Source of the DNA: Candidatus Moanibacter sp.
GTDB lineage: Bacteria; Verrucomicrobiota; Verrucomicrobiia; Opitutales; UBA2987
Length of the DNA: 64,000 nt
NCBI GenBank assembly: GCA_965215885.1
Contig: CBDCEW010000088.1
Span: forward strand, 14,737-78,736
Reading direction: 5' to 3'
Notes under the pieces: model-generated
Database searches by the model: none
Told to the model about the DNA's origin: nothing
The model's input: only the letters and a program-made list of their open reading frames with translations
Made by a program: the position numbers and the translations under genes
Shown: positions 37,979 through 48,179 of the stretch, piece after piece
Layout of the letters: each line of letters opens with the position of its first letter
How positions within the stretch are numbered: position 1 is the first letter of the stretch

Positions 37979-39790
37979 ATGGGGTTGAAGCACCGAGAAT
38001 TGCTTGGATATCTGCTGGTTTGCGCTCTGTATACTTTCCCGTCCGCAGTGAAGGGAGGTACAGGTGAGACGGTTAACCTGGAAGAAGCGTTGCCGGATAC
38101 TATTCTCGGGTACGTAAGAATACGCAGCATATCGCGCTTGGCAGAGGAATACCGGGAAAATCCGATTTTATCTCTCTGGCGAGATGATGAGGTCGTGGCT
38201 TTCTTCAAACCACTTCGTGACAGATACGGCGGCGAGGAGATATTTGACGAGCTTTTTGAAGAACTGGGTGTCAACAAGGAGGAATTTATTGAGCTCTTCC
38301 CGGGGCAGTGTGTTATGTCTTTACCCGACATTACATTTGGAGAGAAGGAACACGGTGACGACGGTGAATTTTCGAGTATGCTTTACCTGATCGATTACTC
38401 CGGTGATTTCGATACATTGAAAGCAATGATGGAGTCCTCGGCTCGTTACGATAGTAATAGTGAGGGGACAGAACATCGGCTGATCGAAGATGACTATCTG
38501 GAGGCGCCTCTCTTCCTCGAGGAAGTCGTGGACGGAGAGAGGGTATTCCTGGCTGGAGGATACGCATTGGTTGGGAAAGTGCTCGTGATCGCGTCTCCAA
38601 TTTCGTTGCTGAAAGAAACAGTAGCGCGTCTGCGAAAGGATGGAAGTTTGGCTTCTCTGGCTGAAGAATCGGGATACAGAAAAGTACGGGACTGGATCGG
38701 GGAGGGCGATGTGGAGATATTCTTAAACTTGAAGCCGATAGTAGGCAAACTGGAGGCCTATATTTCGAAGTTATCCGCCACGACTTCACTGAGCGCACTG
38801 GGCATTACCCCAAATAACCTGGTTGAAGCCCTCTCAGTCGATGTCCTGGAATCCATTTACATGTCGGTCGGATTCGGCGACGATTTCACGGCCTTTGATT
38901 CGGGGATTTTCTTCAGGGAGAAGCGGGGGCTGGTTTCACTTTTGACCTATGAAAACGGTGATATTCCTCAACCCGAGTTTGTTCCGCCTGACGTGCTGAC
39001 TGTCTCCGCTACCCGGTTCAGCTTGAGAGAGTTCTGGAAAAAGTTCGAGGAATTGCTAATTGGAGTCAGTCCCCTTGTTGGTGGAATTTATGCCGTTACG
39101 TGGGATCAGTTGAATGCATCGATGGGATTGGATTTTCGAGCCAATCTAATCGAAAATCTAGGCGATGAGTTTATTGTGTATAGCGGCTTTGGACAAGGAG
39201 AGGCAGGTTCCGGTCAGGAAGGGTTGGAAGATCTGAGCCAGGTCTACGTCATTTCGATCAAAGATCGGCAGGGGTTTGAATTGGGGATAGATGGCATTAA
39301 GAGGATCTTCGCAGGAGAAGGAGAGATTTTCGAGGAGCGTGAATACTTGGGGAACACAATATTTGTATTGAGGTCGGAGTATCGATACCCGGCTTACCAG
39401 ACGCTGGGAATTCAATCGCTAGCGTATGCCTTGACGGATAGCTACCTGTTTCTTTGTCTCGGTTCGACGACCCTTTTGGAGGCTGCATTAGCGCGCCTTT
39501 CCAATGGGAAAGATTCGATTTGGGAAAGTGAACCCATTCGATCTGCGCTAGGGCGAATTCCGGAAGGGGGCGTGGAGATCGATTACTACAATCTCGGAGC
39601 CCTTCTGAGAACCTTGTTCATTGCGCTTGTCCCGATTGAGGAGACTTTAGGTGTGGGCCGGGATGAACTCGTTTTCTGCAATCCCGCGGCACTCCCGAAG
39701 GAGGTGGATTTCCCATATTTTCTGATCGGGAAGATCTATTCTGAATCAGACCGGCTATACGGAAAATCGCTGCTCTTGAGGAAGGAATAG
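37979..39790 (+). CDS. Hypothetical secreted protein (about 600 aa)
   Basis: The ORF track lists 37877-39790. Met at 37979 gives the signal peptide MGLKHRELLGYLLVCALYTFPSAVKG. No family was recognised. Confidence 0.5.
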   Translation: MGLKHRELLGYLLVCALYTFPSAVKGGTGETVNLEEALPDTILGYVRIRSISRLAEEYRENPILSLWRDDEVVAFFKPLRDRYGGEEIFDELFEELGVNKEEFIELFPGQCVMSLPDITFGEKEHGDDGEFSSMLYLIDYSGDFDTLKAMMESSARYDSNSEGTEHRLIEDDYLEAPLFLEEVVDGERVFLAGGYALVGKVLVIASPISLLKETVARLRKDGSLASLAEESGYRKVRDWIGEGDVEIFLNLKPIVGKLEAYISKLSATTSLSALGITPNNLVEALSVDVLESIYMSVGFGDDFTAFDSGIFFREKRGLVSLLTYENGDIPQPEFVPPDVLTVSATRFSLREFWKKFEELLIGVSPLVGGIYAVTWDQLNASMGLDFRANLIENLGDEFIVYSGFGQGEAGSGQEGLEDLSQVYVISIKDRQGFELGIDGIKRIFAGEGEIFEEREYLGNTIFVLRSEYRYPAYQTLGIQSLAYALTDSYLFLCLGSTTLLEAALARLSNGKDSIWESEPIRSALGRIPEGGVEIDYYNLGALLRTLFIALVPIEETLGVGRDELVFCNPAALPKEVDFPYFLIGKIYSESDRLYGKSLLLRKE

Positions 39791-39807
39791 GCTCTTACCT
39801 GGGGAAA

Positions 39808-40420
39808 AGAGAATTGAACAGAAGAACACAAAGTATTCTAGCCCGAACATTTCACAAACCTTCAACTACGACCGCGTATGTCACTACGTCTCAAAGCCTT
39901 CCCTTGCCCGGCGCGACCTCACAGGGTCCCAACACGCTGTCGCCCGCCGGCCTGCAGAAAGGCCTTGATACGCAGCAACCTACGCCGTCTCGCAACGAAG
40001 TGTGTGAAATGTCCAGGCTAGCGCAGTAGAGCTGCAACCAAAAAAGAAAAAGAGAACCGCAAATGGACGCAAATGAACGCGAATAAAGAGGAAGGCACCA
40101 CGGATTCGAGAAAACCGAAGATTTGATGAAGAGGGATTCCCAACGGTTCGACAGGCTCGCCCCGAACTCATAAACAGTGAGGAGATTCTTGATCGAATCG
40201 AGAAGGTAACTCGGAATACCCTGGTAACCTTGTCCCGAACCTTGTCGACACCACAACATTGAATACCAACATGTTACACTCCAAAACGTGTTCAAAAAAC
40301 TAAGTTATGACGGATAGTAATACAGAGAGAAAGAGGAAAGAGTTCTCACGCAAAGCTCCCGGCAAGCCGGGACAAAGGGGGAGAGGAAAAATCTGGCGTA
40401 GGGCAGACTCTACGAGATTG
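39808..40420. repeat. Repeat island: family C fragment, family B copy (39838-40021), family D copy (40018-40117), and CCCGGCAAGCCGGG hairpin (40357-40372)
   Basis: The parts align by eye with 7997-8186, 46207-46302 and 58468-58579. Confidence 0.7.
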
Positions 40421-40553
40421 AGAGTTGAATAAGGAAAGCAGGAATGCAGGAAATTCAAAGTATTGTGGTCGAAGCGCCCCACCTGAACTTCAACCATTCA
40501 ATTCTCCCGGCGCGCCGGGACCAGGAAACACTGAAACCTCACACCCGAAACCT

Positions 40554-42881
40554 ATGACTTCGTATCTACTTTTAATCCGGACTGGACACCGCGGTGTTCT
40601 CGAATCCGTGGGCCTACTGCTCCTTCTCTTTTGCGGGGTCGGAATGGAGGCTCGACCCATTCACCTATCGGGACCTGAAGTAGCCAAAATCGACTGGAAC
40701 ACGCGATCTCTCGTGACGGGAGATCTCAATAATGACGGACTGCAGGATTTGGCGCTAATTAATAATGACCGAGCGAAAATAGAGATACTCTATCAGCAGG
40801 ATCCGAAGAATCCACAGAAGACAGCGTCTCGAAGGGTACGGAAAAACCGTTGGGAACCGATTCTTGAAGACTCCCGGTTTCGGCGAGAGAGCATTATCAA
40901 TGGCAGTTATCTCTATGCACTGGCGCTGGGAGATCTGAACGGTGACGAAACGGTCGATCTGATTTACACCGGTAGCCATGATCCCCTTACAGTACGCTAT
41001 CAGGACAAAGATTCGTTTTGGAATGAGACATGGACCTACGGTGAGCTGGAACCGCTACAGTGGACTTCGACATTGCGGGTTTGGGACGTTAATCTCGATC
41101 AACGTAAGGACTTGCTGGTTCTAGCGAAGGAAAAAATCCTGGTATTTTACCAGACCGCGTCCGGCGAATTGTCCGAACCGGAAACGATCAGAATAGCCGA
41201 GGAGAAGAGTATTGGCCTTAACGTCTCCGACATAAACGGTGATCAATTGCCTGATATTTTTTATATCGTGGCAAACGATCGGAGGGCACTGCGGCTTCGC
41301 TTTCAACTGATGGGAGGAGGGTTCGGACCGGAACTGGCACTCCCGTTGGCGACGGCGACAGGGAATCTGCAGTTCTGGGAATTGGACAGTAACGGGGGGA
41401 GGGTATTCGCGCACATCCAGGCCAGAAGCCACCTGATGGAGATATTCTCAATCGAGGAAGTTGAGGGGGGTGCACGGGAGACGTTTCAACCCCGGAGTTA
41501 TATGATCGGGACCACTTCACGTTCTCCCGCGATCTATGCGATGGGAGATTTCAACAATAACGATCGCCAGGATCTCGCAGTGGCTGATCCCAAAGGTGCG
41601 CGGGTTATTCTCTATTTGCAGGAGCCGGAAGGGACCTTTGCCGAACCGATATCGTTTCCCTCGTTTTCAAGTATTTCAGGGCTAGCCTCGGGAGATTTTG
41701 ACGGTAGTGGGCGGGAATCAATCGTCGTTGTAAGTGAGAGAGAGGGGATAGTCGGTGTTTCCCAATTATCGCAGTCCGGCAGGTTCAGTTTTCCGGATCT
41801 CCTGGAATTGAAGGGTGAACCGGTTTGCGCAACGGCAGGCGATCTCGATGGGGATCAGGTGTTCGAGATCCTTGTCGTGGAGAAAATTGAAAGGGACTAT
41901 GAGCTATCCGTTTACACTGCTTTACGAGGGAAATCCTACAGTCGCGGGAGCAGTCATTCGCTCAGCGAAACTCGGCGAAATCCGAACGCTCTGAAGCTTT
42001 TCGACCTGAATGGTGACAGCCGCCTCGATGTCATAGTGCTTGTCCCACGTGAGGCCTCTCAATTCCTCGTTCAGGAGAAAGGGGGAGAGTTTTCGGAAGT
42101 GGCCGTAAATTCAGCCATCCGAAAAGGCCTCCTTACGGATCTGCGGCTGGCGGACTTGGGTAGGGGAGACCTCGATGGAGATGGAGTCGATGAGCTAATC
42201 ATCGCTACGGAAGGATTTGCCCGATCAGTACGGTTGAATGGGGAGGGCAATCTAGAGATAATCGATCAATATAACGCCCGCCAAAGTGACGACCGAATCA
42301 GAGGTCCTATCGTCCACGACCTAGACCGTGATGGGGAGAGCGACCTGCTCTTTTATCATCAACCGGATCAGTCGATCCAGCTGCTGAAGAGAGATGCAAG
42401 TGGAGTTTACCGTTACGACAGCTCATTTGAAGTTGGGGATATTGAGCTCGTATCGAACGAACTGGTAGAATTGGGAAAGGAAAACGAAACTCACCTTATG
42501 TTCCTTGGCAAGGATCGATTTTGGGTCGTACCCCTGAATGGCCCGCGTTGGCAGGTTGAAATGATCTTCACCTATGAGACGGAGCTTAAGGAGATCAAAT
42601 ATACCAGCCTGGAAATAGGGGATTTGAATGCCGATGGAATTAAAGAGGTGATGGCTATTGATGCGAAGAGCCACATCCTGGAGATTCTCAGGGAGGTTCC
42701 TGAAGAGGGATGGACGAGTGCCTTGCATTTTACGATATTTGATGAGGATTTGCACTTTAAGGGCCGCCGCGGCGCGGCGTTGGAACCGCGGGAAACGGTG
42801 GTAGCGGATCTAACCGGCGATGGAAAAGAGGATTTCGCCTTCCTGATTCACGATCGGGTGCTGCTGTATTACCAAGACTAG
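40554..42881 (+). CDS. FG-GAP/VCBS-repeat beta-propeller protein (secreted or membrane-anchored)
   Basis: The ORF track lists 40425-42881, but its first 43 codons lie in repeat DNA. More than 10 Ca-binding-type repeats are present: GDLNNDGLQDLAL, GDLNGDETVDL, GDFDGSGRESIVV, GDLDGDGVDELII and DLTGDGKEDFAF. Confidence 0.8.
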   Translation: MTSYLLLIRTGHRGVLESVGLLLLLFCGVGMEARPIHLSGPEVAKIDWNTRSLVTGDLNNDGLQDLALINNDRAKIEILYQQDPKNPQKTASRRVRKNRWEPILEDSRFRRESIINGSYLYALALGDLNGDETVDLIYTGSHDPLTVRYQDKDSFWNETWTYGELEPLQWTSTLRVWDVNLDQRKDLLVLAKEKILVFYQTASGELSEPETIRIAEEKSIGLNVSDINGDQLPDIFYIVANDRRALRLRFQLMGGGFGPELALPLATATGNLQFWELDSNGGRVFAHIQARSHLMEIFSIEEVEGGARETFQPRSYMIGTTSRSPAIYAMGDFNNNDRQDLAVADPKGARVILYLQEPEGTFAEPISFPSFSSISGLASGDFDGSGRESIVVVSEREGIVGVSQLSQSGRFSFPDLLELKGEPVCATAGDLDGDQVFEILVVEKIERDYELSVYTALRGKSYSRGSSHSLSETRRNPNALKLFDLNGDSRLDVIVLVPREASQFLVQEKGGEFSEVAVNSAIRKGLLTDLRLADLGRGDLDGDGVDELIIATEGFARSVRLNGEGNLEIIDQYNARQSDDRIRGPIVHDLDRDGESDLLFYHQPDQSIQLLKRDASGVYRYDSSFEVGDIELVSNELVELGKENETHLMFLGKDRFWVVPLNGPRWQVEMIFTYETELKEIKYTSLEIGDLNADGIKEVMAIDAKSHILEILREVPEEGWTSALHFTIFDEDLHFKGRRGAALEPRETVVADLTGDGKEDFAFLIHDRVLLYYQD

Positions 42882-45376
42882 CGGAAACGGAGGATGCAAT
42901 GGTAGCGTTGGGTTTGTGCCGCAGAGAGGCGGGGGAGATCGGCGTAGTGGGCGGGCGGAGCGTTGCTGCCTATAGCATTTCGGGAAGCGGCCTTTAGTTC
43001 AGACCAGCGTTTCCAGGGGTATTCCGGTGCGTTGGAGATATGGTTGAGGAGGCTGCGCCACTCCAAACCGACCCGTTCTATGTCGCCCAAAAGCATATCA
43101 TTCTGTTCCGATAAGTTCATCTTTGATCCCATCGAAACGGATTCAGAAAGAACCTCGGCGGCGCCGTCTCCGTAATCGACCGGTCTACCCTTTTCGAGGT
43201 AACCTGGAAAAGAGTTACCGGAATAGGCGATCTGACAGATCGTACCAAGGCGGCTGCTGTAGGCTTCAAATTCGGTGAAACGGTGGCCGGCCCGTAGATT
43301 CGCGAGATCGTAGACAAGGTCCTGGATATCGTAGGATTCATCTTCCAATGCGGCGGTGATAGCGAGGCCTTCGCCGTAATTAAAGAAGCTGAATATGATT
43401 CCGCGGCGAGTGGGATGAGCGCGTCTATCGATCAAGCCGAGCTGGTACCAGGCGTATGCCGGGGATGGGGCGGGACCTTCCTTTCCGAGCGCCTTTTGAA
43501 AAGAGAAATCAAAGCCCTCGTCACGTTTTTTCTGGGGAGGGTTAATAAGACGTTTTCCCTCTGAGTCGGCATAGACGAAGAGTTCTGCTTCAGAGAAATC
43601 CAAGCGTGCGCTTATGAGGTCGGTTTTCTCTACCAGTTCGTGGACCCTGCCCCCGCCTGTGATTTGGATAAGGAGAGGAACGATCTCTTTTTTCAGGCGC
43701 GAGAGAGTCCATTTTCGACGGTAAATTCTCCTGTTCCTGTGATTGTGGCGTCCCTGCTCCCTGACTTTTCGGTGCAGCCATTTCGTGAGGATCAGCTCCC
43801 TGCCGTTCTCCCTTTCAAGGACAGTTGCCAGAGGCACTTCGCGACCATAGTTCACGCCCTCAGCCGTCTCGATTCTGCAGACACTACCGACCCGAATTCG
43901 GGTAATCGCGGCCGGAATTTGAAGGGCGGGTAACCATTGATTCCGGCTGTAGAAGAGCGCGTTTCCCAGAGTGTCTCTTACAGGCGCTTTGCGGCGTTCC
44001 CATTTGCCCTGTGAGTTGAGAATCTCGATCACGGTTTGGCGGGAGGGAGTAGTACCTGTGGAATGAAGATTTGTATCAGACTGAGAGGATTGCACTTTCA
44101 GGAATTCGTTCAGTCCAAGAGGAACTCTCTGATTGCTGAAAAGGCGCTCGGTTAAGAGTGAAGCGGCGCGTTCCGGGCTCCCATCCCGTTCAACCGCCGA
44201 TCGCATTACGGCAATGATGGCGGGCCATTCGAGTTGATTAATTCTCTTGAGCTGCATCGGTCGTCCCTCACTCAGACGGGGCTTTCCAGGCGTAACAAGA
44301 ATGAATCCTTTTTTGTCAAGGCCCCGGCGACCCGATCGGCCGAACATCTGCAGCAGTTCGTCCGGACGAATTTCGGAATAGAATTCACCCACCCGGTATT
44401 GGCGGTCGGTAACCGTCACGGAACGGAGAGAGAAGTTAATACCAGCAGCGAGGCCGGTTGTGCTCACGACTACGCGGAGTTGGCCCGATTTGGCCAGCGG
44501 TTCGACCAGCGCGGCACGTTGCCGGTAAGTGAGTCCACTGTGATGAAAAGCGATTCGGTTCTTGAGGAGTTTGGAGAGATCCTTTCCGGCGAGATGCTTC
44601 TGCTCACGGCTGAGAGGTAGAGTTTGGTCGATTGGCAGGGCCGAGGAAAGTTGGCGGGCCAGATTTTCGCTCGCTTGTCGACGTGGAGCGAAAACTAGAA
44701 TCGGCCCAAGATCCGCCATGAGCGCTTTGGCAATCGTCCGCGGCCAGAATCCACGAACTCTCTCTGGGACGCGGCCGGGAAGCGCTTCGACAAAGCACTC
44801 CTCCAGGGGTACGGGTCTCTCCATTGAGCGGATGAGGGCAGCATTTCGGCCAATGCGCACAAGCCAGTCAACGACATGTGTCGGGTTGCCGACGGTGCCG
44901 CTTAGGAGCAGGAGTTGGGTCTGGGGTGGCGCCAGGGCGAGAATAAGCTCGTAGTTTACCCCGCGAGCCGGATCGGCGAGCATCTGATATTCGTCCACGA
45001 CCAGAAGTCCGGGACCTTCCCCTTGTAGAAATCGCTGCTTTTGAGTCTCAAGAGTGGCGACGATGACGGGTGCATCGAGATTGTCTGATACGTCTCCGGT
45101 AGTTATACCGACTTCCCATCCGCGAATTCGCCATTCCAGTAGCTTGTCATTTGCCAAAGCACGCGTCGGAACGGTGTAGATGGCTTTCTTTCGATAGCCT
45201 CCCTGGATGAAGAGCTCAAAGATATAGGTCTTTCCAGCCCCTGTTGGAGCATCGACAATGACATCGCGGCCCGCCTTCAACTGGCGAATCGCTTCCTGCT
45301 GCCAGAGATCGGGAATTTGCAGATTAAACTCGAGGTCCTGCATGGTGACGAAATCCTTGCGGACGACATTGGACAA
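42878..45376 (-). CDS. Superfamily-2 DExH helicase (Ski2-like) with large C-terminal domain
   Basis: Walker A DAPTGAGKTY, VVDEYQ, LSGT, FHHSGL and motif VI QMFGRSGRRG. The protein is 832 aa. Confidence 0.8.
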   Translation of the reverse strand: MSNVVRKDFVTMQDLEFNLQIPDLWQQEAIRQLKAGRDVIVDAPTGAGKTYIFELFIQGGYRKKAIYTVPTRALANDKLLEWRIRGWEVGITTGDVSDNLDAPVIVATLETQKQRFLQGEGPGLLVVDEYQMLADPARGVNYELILALAPPQTQLLLLSGTVGNPTHVVDWLVRIGRNAALIRSMERPVPLEECFVEALPGRVPERVRGFWPRTIAKALMADLGPILVFAPRRQASENLARQLSSALPIDQTLPLSREQKHLAGKDLSKLLKNRIAFHHSGLTYRQRAALVEPLAKSGQLRVVVSTTGLAAGINFSLRSVTVTDRQYRVGEFYSEIRPDELLQMFGRSGRRGLDKKGFILVTPGKPRLSEGRPMQLKRINQLEWPAIIAVMRSAVERDGSPERAASLLTERLFSNQRVPLGLNEFLKVQSSQSDTNLHSTGTTPSRQTVIEILNSQGKWERRKAPVRDTLGNALFYSRNQWLPALQIPAAITRIRVGSVCRIETAEGVNYGREVPLATVLERENGRELILTKWLHRKVREQGRHNHRNRRIYRRKWTLSRLKKEIVPLLIQITGGGRVHELVEKTDLISARLDFSEAELFVYADSEGKRLINPPQKKRDEGFDFSFQKALGKEGPAPSPAYAWYQLGLIDRRAHPTRRGIIFSFFNYGEGLAITAALEDESYDIQDLVYDLANLRAGHRFTEFEAYSSRLGTICQIAYSGNSFPGYLEKGRPVDYGDGAAEVLSESVSMGSKMNLSEQNDMLLGDIERVGLEWRSLLNHISNAPEYPWKRWSELKAASRNAIGSNAPPAHYADLPRLSAAQTQRYHCILRFR

Positions 45377-45527
45377 TGTTCGGTATCCAGTGTCCAGTAA
45401 TCAGTTTCGTTGAGTTCGCGCAATGGTGGCATTGTTCGTTATTCGCCGAAATACGAACAGACCTACGGCTCTGATTTTGGGACTGATGAATTTCTTTACA
45501 TTTTTTTTAAATAAGTTTCATAAGTTA

Positions 45528-45572
45528 TTGACTATGTTATACCTTGACAATATGAGGACTATGCCGATTAAT
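45528..45572 (+). promoter_or_regulatory. Candidate sigma-70-type promoter(s) in an AT-rich spacer
   Basis: Two candidate pairs are present: TTGACT(45528)-N17-TATGAG and TTGACA(45544)-N17-ATTAAT. Both lie just upstream of the pseudopilin-like gene. Confidence 0.3.
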
Positions 45573-45582
45573 AAATGGAACA

Positions 45583-46059
45583 ATGAAAAGGAAGAACCGA
45601 TACTCCAACGAGCCGACGTTTCCACACCTTGGTAAACGTTCAGCAAAAAAGAAGGGATTTTCCCTGGTTGAATTTATGGTCGGGTCAGGAGTAATGACTC
45701 TGGTATTAGCTGGCTGCTTCAGCGGCATCGGTCAGGCACTCCAGATCAGCGAGAATGTGAAGAGCGGCAATTTCGCGGCGCAGATTCTTCAGAGCGAGAT
45801 AGATGAGATTCACACGTTGCAGTGGAACGAAGTCAATCAGCTACCGAGTAGTGGGAATTTTGATCCCAAGGCCTACTTTTCGATAATCCCGCTCAGAGAC
45901 TACAGTTGCCAGCGCTCCATCACGGACCTGGGAAGCCTTCAGAAGGAAATTCGGCTGACGGTGTCCTGGACGGATCTGAAAGGTCTCAGCCACGATCGCG
46001 AACACGTCACTTATTACACCAAAGACGGTCTATACGATTACACTTACCGCGCGCTGTAA
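45583..46059 (+). CDS. Prepilin-type N-terminal cleavage/methylation domain protein (pseudopilin-like)
   Basis: KKGFSLVEFMVGSGVMTLVLAG is the G/FxLxE class III signal. The protein is 158 aa. Confidence 0.7.
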   Translation: MKRKNRYSNEPTFPHLGKRSAKKKGFSLVEFMVGSGVMTLVLAGCFSGIGQALQISENVKSGNFAAQILQSEIDEIHTLQWNEVNQLPSSGNFDPKAYFSIIPLRDYSCQRSITDLGSLQKEIRLTVSWTDLKGLSHDREHVTYYTKDGLYDYTYRAL

Positions 46060-46080
46060 GCCCTTTCGTAGAGAAGAGCC

Positions 46081-46302
46081 AGCACCCATCTATCCTCACT
46101 GGGATTCCGCTTTAGGGCGTTTTCGCGTTTTTAGCAGGCATCCATCATGGAACGGGCAATTCGATGAAGTTTACGACGAGGATTGCGGCGAAGCGGTGTA
46201 CCGAGCGTAGCGCAGCCGCAACCCAAAAAGAATAAGAGAACCGCAAATGCACGCGAATGGACGCGAATGAAGAAAAATCGACCACGGATTCGAGAATACC
46301 GC
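46081..46302. repeat. Repeat island: CCATCTATCCTCAC..GCGTTTTCGCG motif (also at about 46770-46830; reverse complement at about 58441-58465) plus family D copy 46207-46302
   Basis: Family D reads gcagccgcaacccaaaaagaataagagaaccgcaaatgcacgcgaatggacgcgaatga...accacggattcgagaataccg. It aligns with 40018-40117 and 58468-58579. Confidence 0.7.
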
Positions 46303-47039
46303 GGATTGGGGAAGCGGATCAAGACTGCTGAAAAGTATTAAAATAGAATGAGTGAGAGTGCTCTCACCCGTATAATTACAAGGTTCGGGACAGGGTTTGC
46401 GACGAGGTTTGTTGCATTGGTATCCCGAGAAAGTTGACTGGCAGGACATTTTTGATCGGATTTCGAAGGTAACTCCTACTTCCCTGGTAACTTTGCGTGC
46501 CTCGGCAAAGCGGAGATACGACGGGTCGCGAACCTCACGCGCGATCCCGCTGAGCGGGACGACGGTGTGGAGAACATCAACGGGTTATAGTTGCGGATAA
46601 AAGATTTCTTCTTAAGGAAACAAGCCCTTTCATGAACCGCTGCTCACTCTCCCCTTTCACGTGAAAGGCCTCCTTAGGACCACCTTCTTACGAAGGCGGC
46701 TACGCAGCATTCAACATCGAACGTCGGAATGAGGCGTAGTTCCAGAAGGATTATCTTCACAGACTCGCCCGCCCCCATCTATCCTCACCGAGATTCCTCT
46801 TTCGCGCGTTTTCGCGGGCATCCCTCTTCTCAGTAGTTCTGTGAAATAGGCTCTTTGATCAATCTCCTCACCGGGTTCTGATCCTTACGTTAACGGCAAG
46901 CCGGGATGGCCCTCTGTGGCCCCTCTTTTGCACTCGGATGTCTTTCAGAAGGGAAGAGACCCTAGAGTGTGTACAGGGAATCACGGGACCCGGTCTCCAT
47001 TAATCCCTTTTCGAAAGATACGGGAAAGTCGCCATTCCC

Positions 47040-47612
47040 ATGGGTGAGGATATGGCGATTTATACTCTCAGTATGAACAAAAATAGTCTTCTTCTCAAAG
47101 CCAACCGTCTCCTGGGGGCCGAATTGGTGCAGAACAACGTTGTCGAACTCAATGATCTTGAAACTGCAAATGGCCACTTTCTGGAAGATTTGCAGAGGGT
47201 GGAACGCCGAAAGCTCTCTCTCCTGAAGATCATGCTCTACGACCTACAGAATCTCAAAGAAGAAGATCTTATTCATTATCAGATGGAAGAAGTCGGTTTG
47301 GGATTTTGCCGGCTGTCGAGCTATTCGATGTCATCGGAGGCTCTTGAGAGTGCCGATCTGGATATTTGCTGGGCGACGCGAACCGTGCCATTCGACCGTG
47401 TCGAGGGTTTCTGGTTTTTAGCCAGTTCCTATTATCTCAGCCCGGTCGTAAAAAACTACTGGGAAGAGACGCTCGATGATACCATAATCTGGTACGCGGC
47501 CGAACTCTCGGAGATAACGGCTATCCTTGAGTCGCTCACCCCGGATATGGAACCGGAGGTGGAGACTCCTGAGAAAAAGGAAGAGGAGGCGATTGAGGCG
47601 GTAGCGGTCTAA
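47040..47612 (+). CDS. Hypothetical protein with acidic C-terminus
   Basis: 190-aa ORF. There is a weak resemblance to GspE/MshE N-terminal domains, which I cannot verify. Confidence 0.4.
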   Translation: MGEDMAIYTLSMNKNSLLLKANRLLGAELVQNNVVELNDLETANGHFLEDLQRVERRKLSLLKIMLYDLQNLKEEDLIHYQMEEVGLGFCRLSSYSMSSEALESADLDICWATRTVPFDRVEGFWFLASSYYLSPVVKNYWEETLDDTIIWYAAELSEITAILESLTPDMEPEVETPEKKEEEAIEAVAV

Positions 47613-47649
47613 GAGCCTGCCGGGCAAGATATGGCAGGCTCTTAGAAAC

Positions 47650-47810
47650 AAGAAAATGAAACTGAATTTTAGTGGAAGAGTGCTTGAGATGCGGAAATCA
47701 GAGCATTTATGGCACATTTACGGAGAATATCATTCGCTTTCCTTGCCAGTTGATTACCTGGAACAAAAAGGAGAGAGTCAATCGGGCCAGAATTTCAGTT
47801 TCATTTTCTT
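47650..47810. mobile_element. 161-bp MITE-like element, copy 1 (20/21-bp terminal inverted repeats AAGAAAATGAAACTGAATTTT)
   Basis: The left end at 47650-47670 is aagaaaatgaaactgaatttt. The right end at 47791-47810 is aatttcagtttcattttctt. The length and termini match copy 2 at 56725-56885. Confidence 0.7.
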
Positions 47811-47909
47811 CATAGGAAAAGATCTCGCGCAACGGTCTTCGACCCGCAAGCGGCACTACGCCCTGTCAAAAAGAAGCAAAGGGTGTCGGGAAAGCGAAAA
47901 TTGGAGCGT

Positions 47910-48179
47910 TCAGCTGCCGGCGGGTTCCAGTGTTGCCTGATCTTTGAGGCAGTCTCGAACGAGTTCGATGATCTTTGAGGAATTCGGTGGTTTGGGAAGG
48001 AAGAGAAAGCCCTCCTCATTATCGAGATGGTTACCGACCTGCTCCTTATTAAAACCGCTGCTGATGATTACCTTGCATTCCGGGCGGTCCCGACGAACTT
48101 TTCGAGCCACTTCGAGTCCGCTGATTCCGGGCATCACAATATCCGTATAGAGCAGAGCGATTTCGTCTTTGCTGCGTCC
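47910..48179 (-). pseudogene. 3' part of the hybrid kinase gene: second half of its C-terminal receiver domain, cut off by an in-frame TAG
   Basis: Directly after the TAG at 48182-48180 the same frame reads GRSKDEIALLYTDIVMPGISGLEVARKVRRDRPECKVIISSGF. This carries the phospho-acceptor Asp and the rest of the REC domain. Confidence 0.8.

Noticed and set aside
41330-41350. TGGCAC-N5-TTGG, a sigma-54-like motif
   Set aside because: It is inside the FG-GAP coding sequence and the -12 element is imperfect (TTGG rather than TTGC).
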